A stretch of DNA of 64,000 nucleotides from Verrucomicrobiales bacterium (GTDB lineage: Bacteria > Verrucomicrobiota > Verrucomicrobiia > Verrucomicrobiales > V1-33): contig JANOAV010000157.1 in the NCBI GenBank assembly GCA_031411295.1, positions 1 through 64,000 on the forward strand, written 5' to 3'. Below the pieces are notes generated by a model. It was not told the DNA's origin, did not search any database, and saw nothing but the letters and a program-made list of their open reading frames with translations. Both the position numbers and the translations under genes were made by a program. This document shows positions 7,065-18,800 of the stretch, piece by piece. The first letter of the stretch is position 1. Every line of letters begins with the position of its first letter.

Positions 7065-9719
7065 TTATGGTTTGGAAAAGAGGGGGCTGAGGACGGTCTC
7101 GACTAACAGACTGCGGACGCCAAATTTCTGCGGCTTGGCGCGTTGTAAAATGCGTTCCACTTCAGGCCGATCCGAGAAACTAACTTCTGCCCCGGTGGCG
7201 TAGGTGATGAGTTGCCCCACAAACGCGCGGGCCAGCGCTTCGTCGTTGGCTGCGAGCATGGCACGCAGCTCGGCGGCGTCCTTGAAGGCGCGTCCATCCG
7301 GTAATTTTCCGGTGCAGTCCACCGGCAGCTCATAATGATAGTTGATGGTGTGACCGTTGAAAATCGCGCGGGTCTTATCGTCACCTGTTCCACCCCGCGC
7401 ACGGTATTTCTCGCGCCACTGGCCCACGACATCAAAGCTCTCTAACGCAAACCCATAAGGATCCATTTTCACATGGCAGGTGGCGCAACTGGGGTTGCGT
7501 TTATGTTTCTCCAACTGATCCCTAATGGTGGTCGCGCCACGCGTGTCAGGCTCAATGCTGCCTGCGTCCGGCGGTGGTGGTGTGGGATGGATGCCGAGAA
7601 TTTTATCCATCACAAAGGCTCCACGCGTCACGGGCGAAGTCGTCGTGCCATTGGCCGTTACCTTCAGCACTGCTCCCTGCGTTAGGAATCCGCCGCCTCT
7701 TGGAGAATCAGGCGGGAGAGCCACTCGGCGGATCTCGAATCCACTCACTCCTTGGATGCCGTAGAGTCGGGCGAGCGGTTCGTTGATCATCGCGAAATCC
7801 GACTGCACGAAGTGGGTGACGCCAAGATCCTTGCGCAGCAATTCCGTGAAATACGCTCGCGTCTCGGCCAGCATGGATTCCTGCAGCCAGGGCATAAATT
7901 CAGGATAGAGTTGTTTGTCGGGAGCGTTGGCTTCGATTTCACGCATCCGCAGCCATTGGCCGGTGAAATCAGCCACGAAGCGCGCTGATTTGGCATCGTC
8001 CAGCATCCGTAATGCTTGGGCGCGCAAGACATCGGGCTTCGCCAATTCACCAGACTCTGCAAGCCCCTGCAGTTTGGAGTCCGGCAGCGATGACCACAAC
8101 AACGAACTGAGTCTGCTGGCCACTGCTAGCGCATCATGTCGTGCGCCTAGCAGGAGAAAATCAGGCGAGGTCAACGCGGCACGATAGGCCGATTTCAGAG
8201 CATCCTGGAAATGTCCACCTGCTTGCACTCGCGTGGCGAAAATCTTCCGATAGTAATCCACCTCAGCGTCCGATACCGCTCGTCGAAACGCACGTTTCAG
8301 GAAAGCTGCCAGCAAGCGCTGTGCATCTTTCTCTGGCTCCGTGCTAACCACTTCTACGGGCACGCGATTCTTACCACCCTCGCCATAAATGTCCTTAGGG
8401 AACGCATCATATTTGCCCTTGGGCCAAGTCTGCTGCACCGGCATTGGGCTGCCTCCTTCCTTGGTCCAGAGCCGCACCGGCAGATCACCGAAGAGAGCCT
8501 TCTGGCTGGCGGGCGGCCATTGCTTGTGCAGCGGACCTTCGATTTCGATCCACTCAATCGCCAAGCCGGGACAAGGCTTCGGCGGGCCTAACGTGGTATC
8601 ATCGTGCCGGAAATCCCGCACATTTTCACACGACGCCAGGATCAATCGTAAATTATTATCAGAGCCATGAACATGCTCGGATCCGCGTCGCAACCACACA
8701 TCAAACTCAGCGACCCCGGCCTTGTTAGCCGGAATTCCCAAGGTGCCGTAATGCTCCCCCGTGCTATGAATACCGAGCCCAATGGCTCCCGTGCGCTCTG
8801 TCGGCACGGCCTTTTCGCCATCCCAGGCAAAACTGTAGGCGGAGACGCGCACCTTATGCCGTCCCGTTAGGACTGGGGAAATGTTTGTGAGCGAGAGTCG
8901 GAAGTCGGCATCCTCATGCCGGAAGAACCCAAGCGCGGTCGCGTGCGGCTCGTCGTCCTTGATCAACCAATGTTTCACGGCCTCGAACGTGGGGTCCCGC
9001 TCCAGCCCAATCAGCGGCACGAAATTCCGATCGCCCACGGATTGCGCCACCGCACCTTCTGTCTCCCGACCTTCGTGTCGGCTATTGTCCCATGGTTGGT
9101 AGCGATGTTTAAATACTGGCGGTTGCTCCACAAACGCCGGAGTGGCCTCGTTCAAAGCTTGATCCACGGCGGCCAGATAAGCCTCCATGTGCACAAAGGA
9201 AAAATCCAACGCAGCCCCCGCGCGATCGAACCCATGTGATTTTCCATCCGCCGGTAAGTCCGCCACCAAGGACAATCCGGGAATCCCTAGCAAATCGCGC
9301 AAGGCATTCTCGAACTCCACCCGTGAGAGCCGCCGCACTCCGCCCCGACCATCCCGCGCCAGCCGCGCAGCGTCTGCAGTCGTGAGTTCCGTCGCCAGCG
9401 CAGACATTGCGACCTCCATTTCCTTGGCATCTGGGCGCGGCTTTTTCTCCGGCGGCATTTCACCCGCCTGCACGCGATCCAGCACCTTCACCCAACTCGC
9501 CAACGAGTCTGCATTTGTGAGGTTAAATGGCAACGCCGACAAATCCAGCTTCCCCTTCTTCGCATCCGCATCATGGCACTCACTGCAGTGTTTGTCGAGA
9601 AACGGCCGGACCAGCCCCGGCAAAGCATCCGCCGCGCGCAGCCCGCTCCCGCAGGCCAGCATCGTCACGCCCCACAATCCTGCGTGGCTGAATTTGATGA
9701 ATCGTTTCCTCATCCCCAT
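7065..9719 (-). CDS. Planctomycete-type cytochrome c protein with DUF1587/DUF1595/DUF1592/DUF1588/DUF1585 domains
   Basis: CSECH and CATCH haem motifs, GEMPP, RRLSRVEFENALRDLLG, RAFRR, SSLPD, SPVTRG, MDPYGFALESFD. Canonical partner upstream of DUF1552. Start at 9719 or 9713. Confidence 0.92.
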   Translation of the reverse strand: MGMRKRFIKFSHAGLWGVTMLACGSGLRAADALPGLVRPFLDKHCSECHDADAKKGKLDLSALPFNLTNADSLASWVKVLDRVQAGEMPPEKKPRPDAKEMEVAMSALATELTTADAARLARDGRGGVRRLSRVEFENALRDLLGIPGLSLVADLPADGKSHGFDRAGAALDFSFVHMEAYLAAVDQALNEATPAFVEQPPVFKHRYQPWDNSRHEGRETEGAVAQSVGDRNFVPLIGLERDPTFEAVKHWLIKDDEPHATALGFFRHEDADFRLSLTNISPVLTGRHKVRVSAYSFAWDGEKAVPTERTGAIGLGIHSTGEHYGTLGIPANKAGVAEFDVWLRRGSEHVHGSDNNLRLILASCENVRDFRHDDTTLGPPKPCPGLAIEWIEIEGPLHKQWPPASQKALFGDLPVRLWTKEGGSPMPVQQTWPKGKYDAFPKDIYGEGGKNRVPVEVVSTEPEKDAQRLLAAFLKRAFRRAVSDAEVDYYRKIFATRVQAGGHFQDALKSAYRAALTSPDFLLLGARHDALAVASRLSSLLWSSLPDSKLQGLAESGELAKPDVLRAQALRMLDDAKSARFVADFTGQWLRMREIEANAPDKQLYPEFMPWLQESMLAETRAYFTELLRKDLGVTHFVQSDFAMINEPLARLYGIQGVSGFEIRRVALPPDSPRGGGFLTQGAVLKVTANGTTTSPVTRGAFVMDKILGIHPTPPPPDAGSIEPDTRGATTIRDQLEKHKRNPSCATCHVKMDPYGFALESFDVVGQWREKYRARGGTGDDKTRAIFNGHTINYHYELPVDCTGKLPDGRAFKDAAELRAMLAANDEALARAFVGQLITYATGAEVSFSDRPEVERILQRAKPQKFGVRSLLVETVLSPLFSKP

Positions 9720-9945
9720 GCATTCAGCAGGCTCAGAACTTCCGCAAGACCCCAACCGCGTGAGGACGCAGGAAAAACCGAGTTACCACGGCACGGTTCG
9801 CCCGAGGGCAGGCCATCGGTATTCAACCCCAACTTTCCGGGGGATTTCACCAACTCCCCTTCTCCAGAACTGCGAGCTTGTCAGTTCCTGAAAATGAGGT
9901 ATTTAGTGACCCTTAAATGTCATTCAATCTGAATTAACGTCTCCC

Positions 9946-10386
9946 ATGCTCGCTTTCCTTCGACTCACGTTCCTGCCCACCAGCGCTGACTTCGGCCTGT
10001 TGCTGTTACGGGCTATTGCCGGTGGTTCCATGCTCTGGCTGCACGGCAAAGACAAACTCCTGAACTTCGAGGAGAAGATGGGTAAATTCACGGTCATCGT
10101 GATGAACAGTAAAGTCAGCTTGGGCCTGACGGTCTTTGCGGAGGTGCTCTGCGCGGGCTTGCTGGTGATCGGTTTATTTGGCCGCTTTGCCGCCTTGGCA
10201 CTCGCCATCACCATGGGAGTCGCCTTTTTTAAAGTGCACCAGATGCAGCTCAGCGGCCCGGGCTCTGGGGAGATGGCCCTGCTTTACTTCATGGGATTTG
10301 CCACGTTGTTCTTTACCGGCCCGGGTAAATTCTCGGTGGACGCGAATGCCGGAGGCGGTGGAGGCAGCAGCAAGAGGGAGCACTAA
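9946..10386 (+). CDS. DoxX family membrane protein
   Basis: GLLLLR...HG.DKL, AEVLCAGLLVIGLFGR, GE.ALLY, GPGKFSVD. Confidence 0.9.
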   Translation: MLAFLRLTFLPTSADFGLLLLRAIAGGSMLWLHGKDKLLNFEEKMGKFTVIVMNSKVSLGLTVFAEVLCAGLLVIGLFGRFAALALAITMGVAFFKVHQMQLSGPGSGEMALLYFMGFATLFFTGPGKFSVDANAGGGGGSSKREH

Positions 10387-10389
10387 CCG

Positions 10390-11238
10390 ATGCCCGACAT
10401 CAGCAAATGGTTCGCAGTGGAAAATCTGCTGCAAACAAGCGGCGGCGGCATCCTGGGCGTCTTCATGATGTTTGCTTTCATCAAGGGCATTGCCAAACAA
10501 CTCTTCGGGATGGTCTGTTTGGCCCTGGGCTTTGTGGCTGGTTATATCTCCTTCCGTCATGCACCGGAATATTTGCAACGCTGGTTCGGAGTGGTGCATC
10601 CGAACGCCGTCATCATTACCAGCATCGTGGCGGGCGGCTTGGTCCATCAAGTGGCTCGGCGCTTGCTCGGCGGGGTGCTCCGGCCCGGGATGGGCGAACC
10701 GCAATCCGGTGGCGGGCGCGTGCGCAGCGCTGGTCTCAGCTTGATTCCGGCGTGTTTTCTGCTTTGGGTTCTGGGGATGGGCATCCGCTGGACGGGCGTG
10801 CTTTCGCAGATGAAATTTCTCGACGAAGGCCTGCGCGAGGACAAAAAGTCCCTGCTGGAAACCCTCCCTTTGTTGGCCCGCTTACAGCAAACCCTAACCA
10901 GCGGCTGGGCGGGAAATATCCTCAACCGCACGGATCCCGTTTCCTCCACGGAAGCCGGAGCCCTATGCAGCCTGCTGCTGGTCCAACGGGATGCTGATTC
11001 CTGGCATCGCCTGCACCAAGACCCCGCGTGCGCGGCCATCCTGCGACATCCGGCCGTCGTCCGTCTCGTGCGCGACAAGGATTGGTCCAAGCCGGCCAGT
11101 TTCCAAAACTACGCTGAACTCCTCACGCTCCCGGAAATGAGCACCGCGCTCAAGGACGGAGGTCTGGTCGAGCAGCTCCGCAAAATCAACGTCGAACAAA
11201 AAATTCGCGAGGCTACCGGCACCGTCCCTGCGGAGTAG
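10390..11238 (+). CDS. CvpA-like membrane protein with C-terminal soluble domain
   Basis: Four N-terminal hydrophobic segments with a KG.AKQLF pattern; starts 3 bp after the DoxX stop. Confidence 0.55.
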   Translation: MPDISKWFAVENLLQTSGGGILGVFMMFAFIKGIAKQLFGMVCLALGFVAGYISFRHAPEYLQRWFGVVHPNAVIITSIVAGGLVHQVARRLLGGVLRPGMGEPQSGGGRVRSAGLSLIPACFLLWVLGMGIRWTGVLSQMKFLDEGLREDKKSLLETLPLLARLQQTLTSGWAGNILNRTDPVSSTEAGALCSLLLVQRDADSWHRLHQDPACAAILRHPAVVRLVRDKDWSKPASFQNYAELLTLPEMSTALKDGGLVEQLRKINVEQKIREATGTVPAE

Positions 11239-11258
11239 CACCGAGTTTCTCCCACCTG

Positions 11259-11882
11259 CTACCTAGCTTGGCGTGGAGGCGTGATGAACGGTGCGCTAAG
11301 ATAAATCGGTTCCAGCGGGATGCTGCGAACGGCGGTCCAATCTGCCTCGCTCCATGCTTCCACGTGTTGGGCCAGCGCGATGGCACTGGGTCGCGCGAGA
11401 GGGATTCGCAGGGCGCTGGCGACGCTGGCATCCATGGTATAGAGTGGACCTGAGAGTTCTTCCAACCACGTTTTCACAAGTGCCACGGAGCCTAACTGCG
11501 GGAGGGAGGGCACGGAACCCGCCTTGATGGTGCTTAAATGCCAGGAACCACGACGAGCATCTCCGACGACGTGGAAGCAGGATTCCGCAACGGCAAGGGC
11601 GCTCAAGGAGTTGGCGCCACACACGGGAATTCCGCGCGCCAGACTAATCCCCAGGGCCGCTGCAATGCCCACACGCACTCCAGTGTAGCTGCCTGGGCCG
11701 GTGCCGACGATGATTTGTTCCAAGTCTGGAGCGGCTTCCAAAGCCGCCGCCAGGGGCGCAAAGAGCACCGAATTATGCGTCCGCTCGGAGGCGAACTCGG
11801 CCGCATAGATCGTCACCCCATGCCGACGCACGGCCAAGCTCCCCAGGGCGGTGGAGGTCTCGATGGCGAGAAGGACGCTCAT
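11259..11882 (-). CDS. tsaB: tRNA threonylcarbamoyladenosine biosynthesis protein TsaB
   Basis: LAIETST, GPGSYTGVRVG, DARR, P.YL..P motifs; overlaps the tsaE stop (ATGA). Confidence 0.95.
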   Translation of the reverse strand: MSVLLAIETSTALGSLAVRRHGVTIYAAEFASERTHNSVLFAPLAAALEAAPDLEQIIVGTGPGSYTGVRVGIAAALGISLARGIPVCGANSLSALAVAESCFHVVGDARRGSWHLSTIKAGSVPSLPQLGSVALVKTWLEELSGPLYTMDASVASALRIPLARPSAIALAQHVEAWSEADWTAVRSIPLEPIYLSAPFITPPRQAR

Positions 11883-12304
11883 GCTGCCAGGGGGAAAATT
11901 TCCTCCACTCTGCGACCATACGCTTCATGGCTGAGGCGGAACCAACGGGCGGAGGCAGGAAGGGCCTGGGGGAACTTATCGGCCCATTCCACGACGCAAA
12001 TTCCGTTACCTTCCAGATAGTCATCCCAGCCAATGTTCCACAATTCTCCCGCTGATGCCAAGCGGTAAAGATCGAAGTGATAGACCGACAGGCGCCCCCC
12101 AACGTATTCCTGCACCAGGGCAAAGGTGGGGCTGCTGACTTCGGCGGCACAGCCGAGTCCGGCCGTGATCCCTTTGGTTAGCTGCGTCTTGCCAGCGCCC
12201 AGATCGCCCACCAGCGCCAGAATGTCTCCGGGCTTTAACTCCGTGGCCAGCCGCCTTCCCCACTGGTAAGTTTCCTCCTCTGAGGCCAGGAACTCAGAGG
12301 ACAT
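11879..12304 (-). CDS. tsaE: tRNA threonylcarbamoyladenosine biosynthesis ATPase TsaE
   Basis: GDLGAGKT P-loop, VSSPTF, HFDLYRL, VEWA. Confidence 0.96.
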   Translation of the reverse strand: MSSEFLASEEETYQWGRRLATELKPGDILALVGDLGAGKTQLTKGITAGLGCAAEVSSPTFALVQEYVGGRLSVYHFDLYRLASAGELWNIGWDDYLEGNGICVVEWADKFPQALPASARWFRLSHEAYGRRVEEIFPLAA

Positions 12305-12713
12305 AGTAGCAACCGATGTAGGCGAGTTTACAGATCAAATGCAATCCCTGATCGGCATGGAAATTAGTCCAGCGCTCGCATTTGGCAAAGTCGATAAACC
12401 AATGCAGCAAAAACTCTGCGAAGGCAATCTCCACCGCGTAGGGCAAATGGAACGCCTCTAAAATAAGCCAAACAATGCCCGCATGGACCAAGGCATGGGC
12501 GCTCAGGCAGTAAACCCAAAGCGTTCCCGGGGTCTCGCCCGTGTAGTCCACCATCTTGATATGACGGTTCTTGCGGATGGCCAAAAATTTTCCCTGGAGC
12601 GGATAATCCCCCAAGGAATGGCCAATCAGGAAGGCAAAAAACAACACTATCGCATTCACCGGAGCGTGTGCGACATTTAGGATGGGTAGGAGGAGAGTGG
12701 CCAGCAGCTGCAT
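12294..12713 (-). CDS. DUF3307 family membrane protein
   Basis: H..GDYPLQ, HA.VH, H..ID..K, DQ.LH motifs. Likely start ATG 12713; overlaps the tsaE start. Confidence 0.85.
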   Translation of the reverse strand: MQLLATLLLPILNVAHAPVNAIVLFFAFLIGHSLGDYPLQGKFLAIRKNRHIKMVDYTGETPGTLWVYCLSAHALVHAGIVWLILEAFHLPYAVEIAFAEFLLHWFIDFAKCERWTNFHADQGLHLICKLAYIGCYYVL

Positions 12714-12819
12714 GAACGGGGAAGTTAGCTGAGGATCACTATGCGCCCGTTCTTCCAGTAGTAAAGTGAAGAGTGAAAAGAGAATCATTCCGCCCTGCTG
12801 CGGCTGAGCCCCCCTTCCG

Positions 12820-15800
12820 CTAACGAGAGCTGTTCAGGAATCGCACGCGATAGTAGCTCTTGCGAACCGTGCCCCCGCCTCCGGCCGGGGTTGGCAATTT
12901 GAGGTAGATCTTATCGACGCCTGATTGAAGCTGCGACACCACGGCAGGGACGTTGCTGGCCTGCCAGTTCTTCAAGTCGTCGCTCTGCTCCACCATCAGG
13001 AGCAACTCGCCAGCCGAGGCGGACGGACGCTTGAAGGTGAAGTAATAGTTATCTCCCGCCAGGCGTTGAATCCCCTGAGTGCCAGCGACCATGGCCGCCG
13101 CATGTTCCGTGGAACCGGACAGCACCGAGGCGGCTGGAGCAAAGCGATTCGTGGACACAATCTCCCAACCTTGACTCAAGCTATACCAATAGAGGGAAAG
13201 CCCGGCCCCGCCGTAGAGTTCGAAATATTCCACCTTGAAAGGAGCGGCTACCCCCGCAGTAAGTGGCACGGTGAAGTTATACCAACCGTGCACATCACTG
13301 GGACTCCATTTATCCAGGACCAGTTGGTTATTGATCCACATCCGCACTCCATTATCTGAAGGGAGGGAGAAATTATAGGTTTCCGTGTAAAGCGGGGTGA
13401 TCGTTCCGGTCCAGCGCACCGAGAAGTAATCCACCGGAATACCCGGAGCGGGCGAACCGTTGCCCCAATCAAAATCAATCGTCGCATCCGTGCGCGTCAG
13501 CAAAGGAGGCCCCGCACCGGGCGTTAAACCGTCATAGTATTCAGCCTTAAGTCCCGTTAGTGATGCTGCGACCGTGGTGTAAGTGAACGCCGCGCTGGCG
13601 GTGAGATTGCCGGGGTCAGTGACAGTAACGGTGGACGTGCCGGAGGCCGCCGCCGTGGCACTAACAGTCCCGGAAATTAAACCCGTGCTGGAATTAATGC
13701 TCAATCCCGTCGGCAGACCCGTGGCACTCCAACTCAGCGTCTGTCCATCCGGATCGTTGGCCACGAGACCAAGCGTGGCAATCGTGCTGCGAACAAACGT
13801 CTGGCTGCCGGGGTTGCTGATGGTTGGTGGACGGTTGGATGGAGGTGCGGTGGTGTTCCAAGTAAAGGTCGTGCTGGCACTCAGATTGCCGGGATCTTTC
13901 ACCGTCACGGTTGTTGTGTTGGACGCCGCCGCAGAGGTGCTGATGGTCCCAGTAATCGCACCGGTCTGGGCATTAAGGCTCAAACCCAGGGGCAATCCAG
14001 TGGCGCTGTAAGTTAGGGCGTCCCCATCCTGATCGGCCGCAATCATTTGCAGACTGGTGGCGGTGGCTCGTTGCGTGGTTTGCGCGCCCGGTGAAGTGAT
14101 GGTGGGGGCGCGATTCGTGAAATCTGGGGGCACAAACTTGGAAATGGCTTCCCAGCCCTGGGAGGCGCTGAACCAGTAGAGCGAAATCGCAGCTCCTCCG
14201 TTGGTCTGAAAATATTCCACTTTGATCGGCACGCGCTGGCCACCTGTGAGTGGGATGGTGAAACTCGGCCATCCGCCCGGATTGGGCCATTTATCTAACA
14301 CCAGGACGTTGTTGATCCAGATGCGAACGCCATCGTCTGATGGGGCATAGATGGTGTAGGTCTCGGTGTAAGGTGCGATGATGAAGCCGGTCCAGCGGGC
14401 GGAATAATTCAGGCTGGGAATATTAGCCGCAGGCGCGGAACCGCTCCAGTCGAAATCAATCTTGGGATCTACTCGAGTCAAGATGGGAGCCGCCAGGCCG
14501 GGATTTGGCCCTTGGTAATACTCGCCCTGTAGTCCTGTGGTCGGGGCCGCGCTGGTCGGGGCCGTGGGTTCGCTGGCATCGATCTGCTGCAAATAAGCGG
14601 TCAAGTTAGTCAGATCCGTGGAACTCAAATTTACTCCCGTGTGCCCCGTGACGGCAGCGGTTAGGGTGGCCGCAGAGCCATCGTGGAAATATGGTGCGGT
14701 GGCCCAGATGCCGCGCAGGGTGGGAGTATCAAATCCAGTTAGCGTTGCCCCCAAACGCTTGCCACTGCTGGGCTTGATCGTGCCAATATTTCGCAACCCA
14801 TTGAGTGCGCTATCAGTGAACCCGTTGCCGCTGTGGCAGGAGGCACAATTGGCGGTGCGGAAGACTTCTTTGCCCGCCACGGCGGCCGCCGTTAGGCTGC
14901 CGTCAGCGTTGCGGAAAGGACTGGCCGGTTCACTGGCCAGTGAGGTGACGTAGGCGGCCAGGGCGTCCAGTTCCGCGCTCACCCCGGCTTTAGGATCGCC
15001 CAGAGGTTGATTGCGCGTGCCAGTGTTGAATTGCGCATTGGTCATCAGACCAGTGCCGCGGGCGAGATCGCGGATTTGCTTTTCGAAATCCTGAATCTCA
15101 TCGAAATTGCCCGTCCAGTGAGCCGGGCCTTGGCCGGTGGTTCCCGCTTTGCTGCGGAGATCGCTGGTATTACGCAAACCTTCTCCCATTCCGGTGAAAT
15201 CCCACACCCGACCGTCATGGCCGCCATCATTGTGGCAGGAGGCGCAACTGATGTATCCTTGCAGCGCCAGGCGAGGATCGGCGGCATCATAGAAGAACTG
15301 CTTCCCTTGCAGGATCTGGGCGCTTAAAATTTCTGCACTGACGGTATTCCACGTGCTCAGAGTCGTAACCGCCGACGCCAGAGGATTGCCTCCATTGAGG
15401 ATGGAACTGACATCGTGCACCGTCACACTGCGGTCCATGAAATTATGGACGTAGAGGCGGGTGCTGTCGGGCGAGAGCATCAAACCTTGCGGGGCTCGCC
15501 CGACGTTGAACTTGAAAAGGAAATTCTTGTTATGGGCATCCAGCACGGCCACTTCCCGGCTGGCTTCCAGCGCCACGAACAGATAGCAACCCGAGGCATC
15601 ATACACTGCCATAGAGGGGACGCCAGCGTTGTCGATGTCAATGCGCGCGGCATAATCTTCGGTTTCCGAGCCCATGGCGAGACGCGATGTGATGGCGCGC
15701 AAGGTGGAGTCATGTGTCAGCTGCTGGCCGTCGCGCAATTGTCCACGTTTGAAATTGTCCTGCTTGGACGGGACCCAGGCGGTAGTTCCATCGGGTGAGA

Positions 15801-18800
15801 TCACAGCTGCGCCCAAGTAGTTGGGGATACCCCGTCCCCCGTTCTCTGCATCGGGCTTTTCGCTGTGCTGCAGGAGGATCGTTTTCGTTTTTGCCAACGT
15901 GGCAGAGTTCACCACCACGACCTCGGCCCCATGGGTGCCCAGGGTGGTCGTTACGGTGCCAGTGGCTTCACCTGGCTGGAAGGGCGTGATGAAGCGGGAA
16001 ACATAAACTTTGCTGCCGTCTGCGTTTACCGACAAGTGACGGGCATCCGCGCCCACGCTCACGCTGCCAAGGCTGGCGGCGGTGGTCACATTCAGTTTTA
16101 GTAATTGCCCGAGCGCTTCCTGCGTCACGTAAGCGGCATCGCTGGTGGGCGAGAACGCCAGACCATGCGGTTGGGAGGCACGAGTCAAGTTGATGGCGCC
16201 TGCCACGGTCAGGGTGCCAACGTTGATTTGGGAAATGCTGGCACTCTTCTTGTTGATAACCCAGAGCAAGCCGTTCGGAGCGAAGGCCAGGCTCACCGGT
16301 TGATCTCCGACAGCCAATTCCACCACTTTGGAATTCGTGTTAGCATTGTAAGCAGTTACCGTATCCTGGTCTGGATTGACAACCCAAACCCGATCCCCGC
16401 CGGTGGCGCGAACTTCATAGGCCAGGGGCGCATCCTGAGTGGGCTTGCCGGCTGTGAGCACGCCCGCGACAGCTTGATAGAAGCTGGTCGTTAGCACCAG
16501 TCCGGTATCGTCCGTGGCGGTAATCGTTACTTGGAAACGACCCGGGGCAGTGAATGTTTTGGCAATGGTGCGGGTGGCGGAATATGCGGTCTCTGCGGTG
16601 CCATCACCAAAGTTCCATTTAAAACGAGGATTCACCCCGCCGGAGGAAAGGAGGCTGTAGCTAATGGAAGTGTTCACGGCCTTGGGAGCCGCTGTTAGGG
16701 GCGGCAGCGTCATTCCGGTCACCACGGTCCAAGTGAAGCTGGCGGAGGCACTCAGGCCGGTGCCATCATTGACGGTGATGGTCGTGGCGTAGGTTCCAGC
16801 GGTCGTCGGGGATCCGGCAATGATGCCATTGGATAATCCAAGGGTAAGCCCAGGAGGGAGATTCGTGGCCGTGTAGCTCAGGGCATCGCCATTGCCATCG
16901 CTCGCCACGACGGCTAGGTTGACCGAATTTCCCACGATGGAAGACTGGTTCGTGATCGCGTTTACGGTCGGCGGCAAGCCGGGCAAGCCATGAGTTGAGA
17001 GCACTCCGGTGGGGATAACTTGTTTCGTGATGCCCGGACCGGAATAACTCACGATCAGGGTTTCGTCGCCTCCCTGCTCAAAGAAGGTGACTTCAATCGC
17101 GTGCTCACCAGCAGTGAGCACCCGGGTGCCGCCGACCTCTTGCGCACCATGCAACCCATCGTTGTTGACCACCAAAACGCCGTCGATCTTGAGTTGGGAG
17201 CCATCATCTGACGTGGTGAAGAAGGTGTAGGTCCCGGCGGTGGGCACGCGAATTTTGCCAGTAAAGCGGAAAGCATACAGATCGTTCGCAGTGCGCGGAG
17301 CCAGGGTGAAATTATCGACGTCACCTGATTTCACCGGAGTTAGGGTGGCGAAGTTTGGCAGCGCGCCCCAGTTCCCTTGGTAGAAGTCATAATGCACCCC
17401 GGGCCTTGGTTGGAAGAGCGCGGCATCATTCATGATTTGCTTGGTCACGCCGGGACCAGCATAACTAACCTCCAGCGTGCTGCTGCCGATGGACTGGAAA
17501 TAAGCCACCGTAATATTGTGAATCCCTTGCGTCAGCGCCACGCTACCGGATTTCTCCGCCACGGTATGGACTCCATTATGATCCACCACCAACTGACCGT
17601 CGATCCAGATTTGGGAACCATCATCAGAGTTGGTGGAAAAGGTCCACGTGCCGGCCGTGGCGACGCGGAAACATCCCTTGAAGAACATGGCAAAATTGTC
17701 GGGCCGCAGCTTTGGTGCCAGGTTACAACGATCCGTTTCACCGCTGGCAATAGGTGTTAGGGTATTGAACGCGGGCAGGGTGGTCCAGACCCCTTCGTAA
17801 TAGTCGTAGGTCACCCCCGGACGCTCGGCGGGGGGATAGATTCGCCAGGTGAAGGAAGCGGAGGAGGTATCCCCGTTGGTAGCGGTCACGGTTACGCTGG
17901 GACTGAAGCTTCCCTGCGTGGTGGGCGTTCCCGTGATAGCACCAGTGGACGAGTTAAGGACAAGTCCCGGGGGTAAGTTCTGGGCATTGAAGGTCAGGGA
18001 ACTGGGCCCCACGGCGTTCAGGGTCAATGACAAGGGCGTGCCGCGCTCGTGCAGTTGATTGCCGGGACTCTCCAGAAAGGTGCCGCCCACCGGCACGTTG
18101 GTTCCCATGACTTCGATCTCCGCCAACTGCAGCGTGCCGGTGCCGTTGAGTTGCACACGCACATACCGTGCGGCTCGGTAAATATTAATGTCAGCCTCGA
18201 CTCCCGCCATATTGATATGCCGATACCCGCGCATGTCGGTATTGGTCAGGGCGAAGGGAAACGAGGAAACATAGACGGTGAAATCGATCAAATTCTTGCC
18301 GCCATCATCCGTGCGATTGAAAATTCGCACAGCATGGACGGGATAGTTGGCCCCCAGATCGACTTCCCAGTAGGGATTGGCCTCGGGGTTCGTGGCAGTG
18401 CCGGAAGCAACGGTGAAATTCCCTTCCCGGGAACCGTTCACGGCTTTATCTGCGGTGCTGCCAGCGTTGGCAGTGGATGATTGTGATGTTGATTTGTTCA
18501 AGGATAAGTTGGTGCCGGCAATGGCCACCGTGGCGGCCTCATCCACCTTGATGATCTTGGCCTTGCTATGCACGCCTTGCGCGTCCAGACCAAAGAGCAT
18601 CCAATACCCCGGGGTCATAATGTTGCGATTGGCATAAGGGGACAGCTCATAAACTCCACTCGAAATTTCTGTGTAAGGCAGGCTGATGTAACGCTGATCC
18701 GTCGTCATGCTGTGCGTGGTGGACGTCATGCGGATAAAGGCAAATTTCTTCAGTCCTGCGGTCCCCTGCACCGTGAAACGCCCGGTCAGTCCGATGGCCG

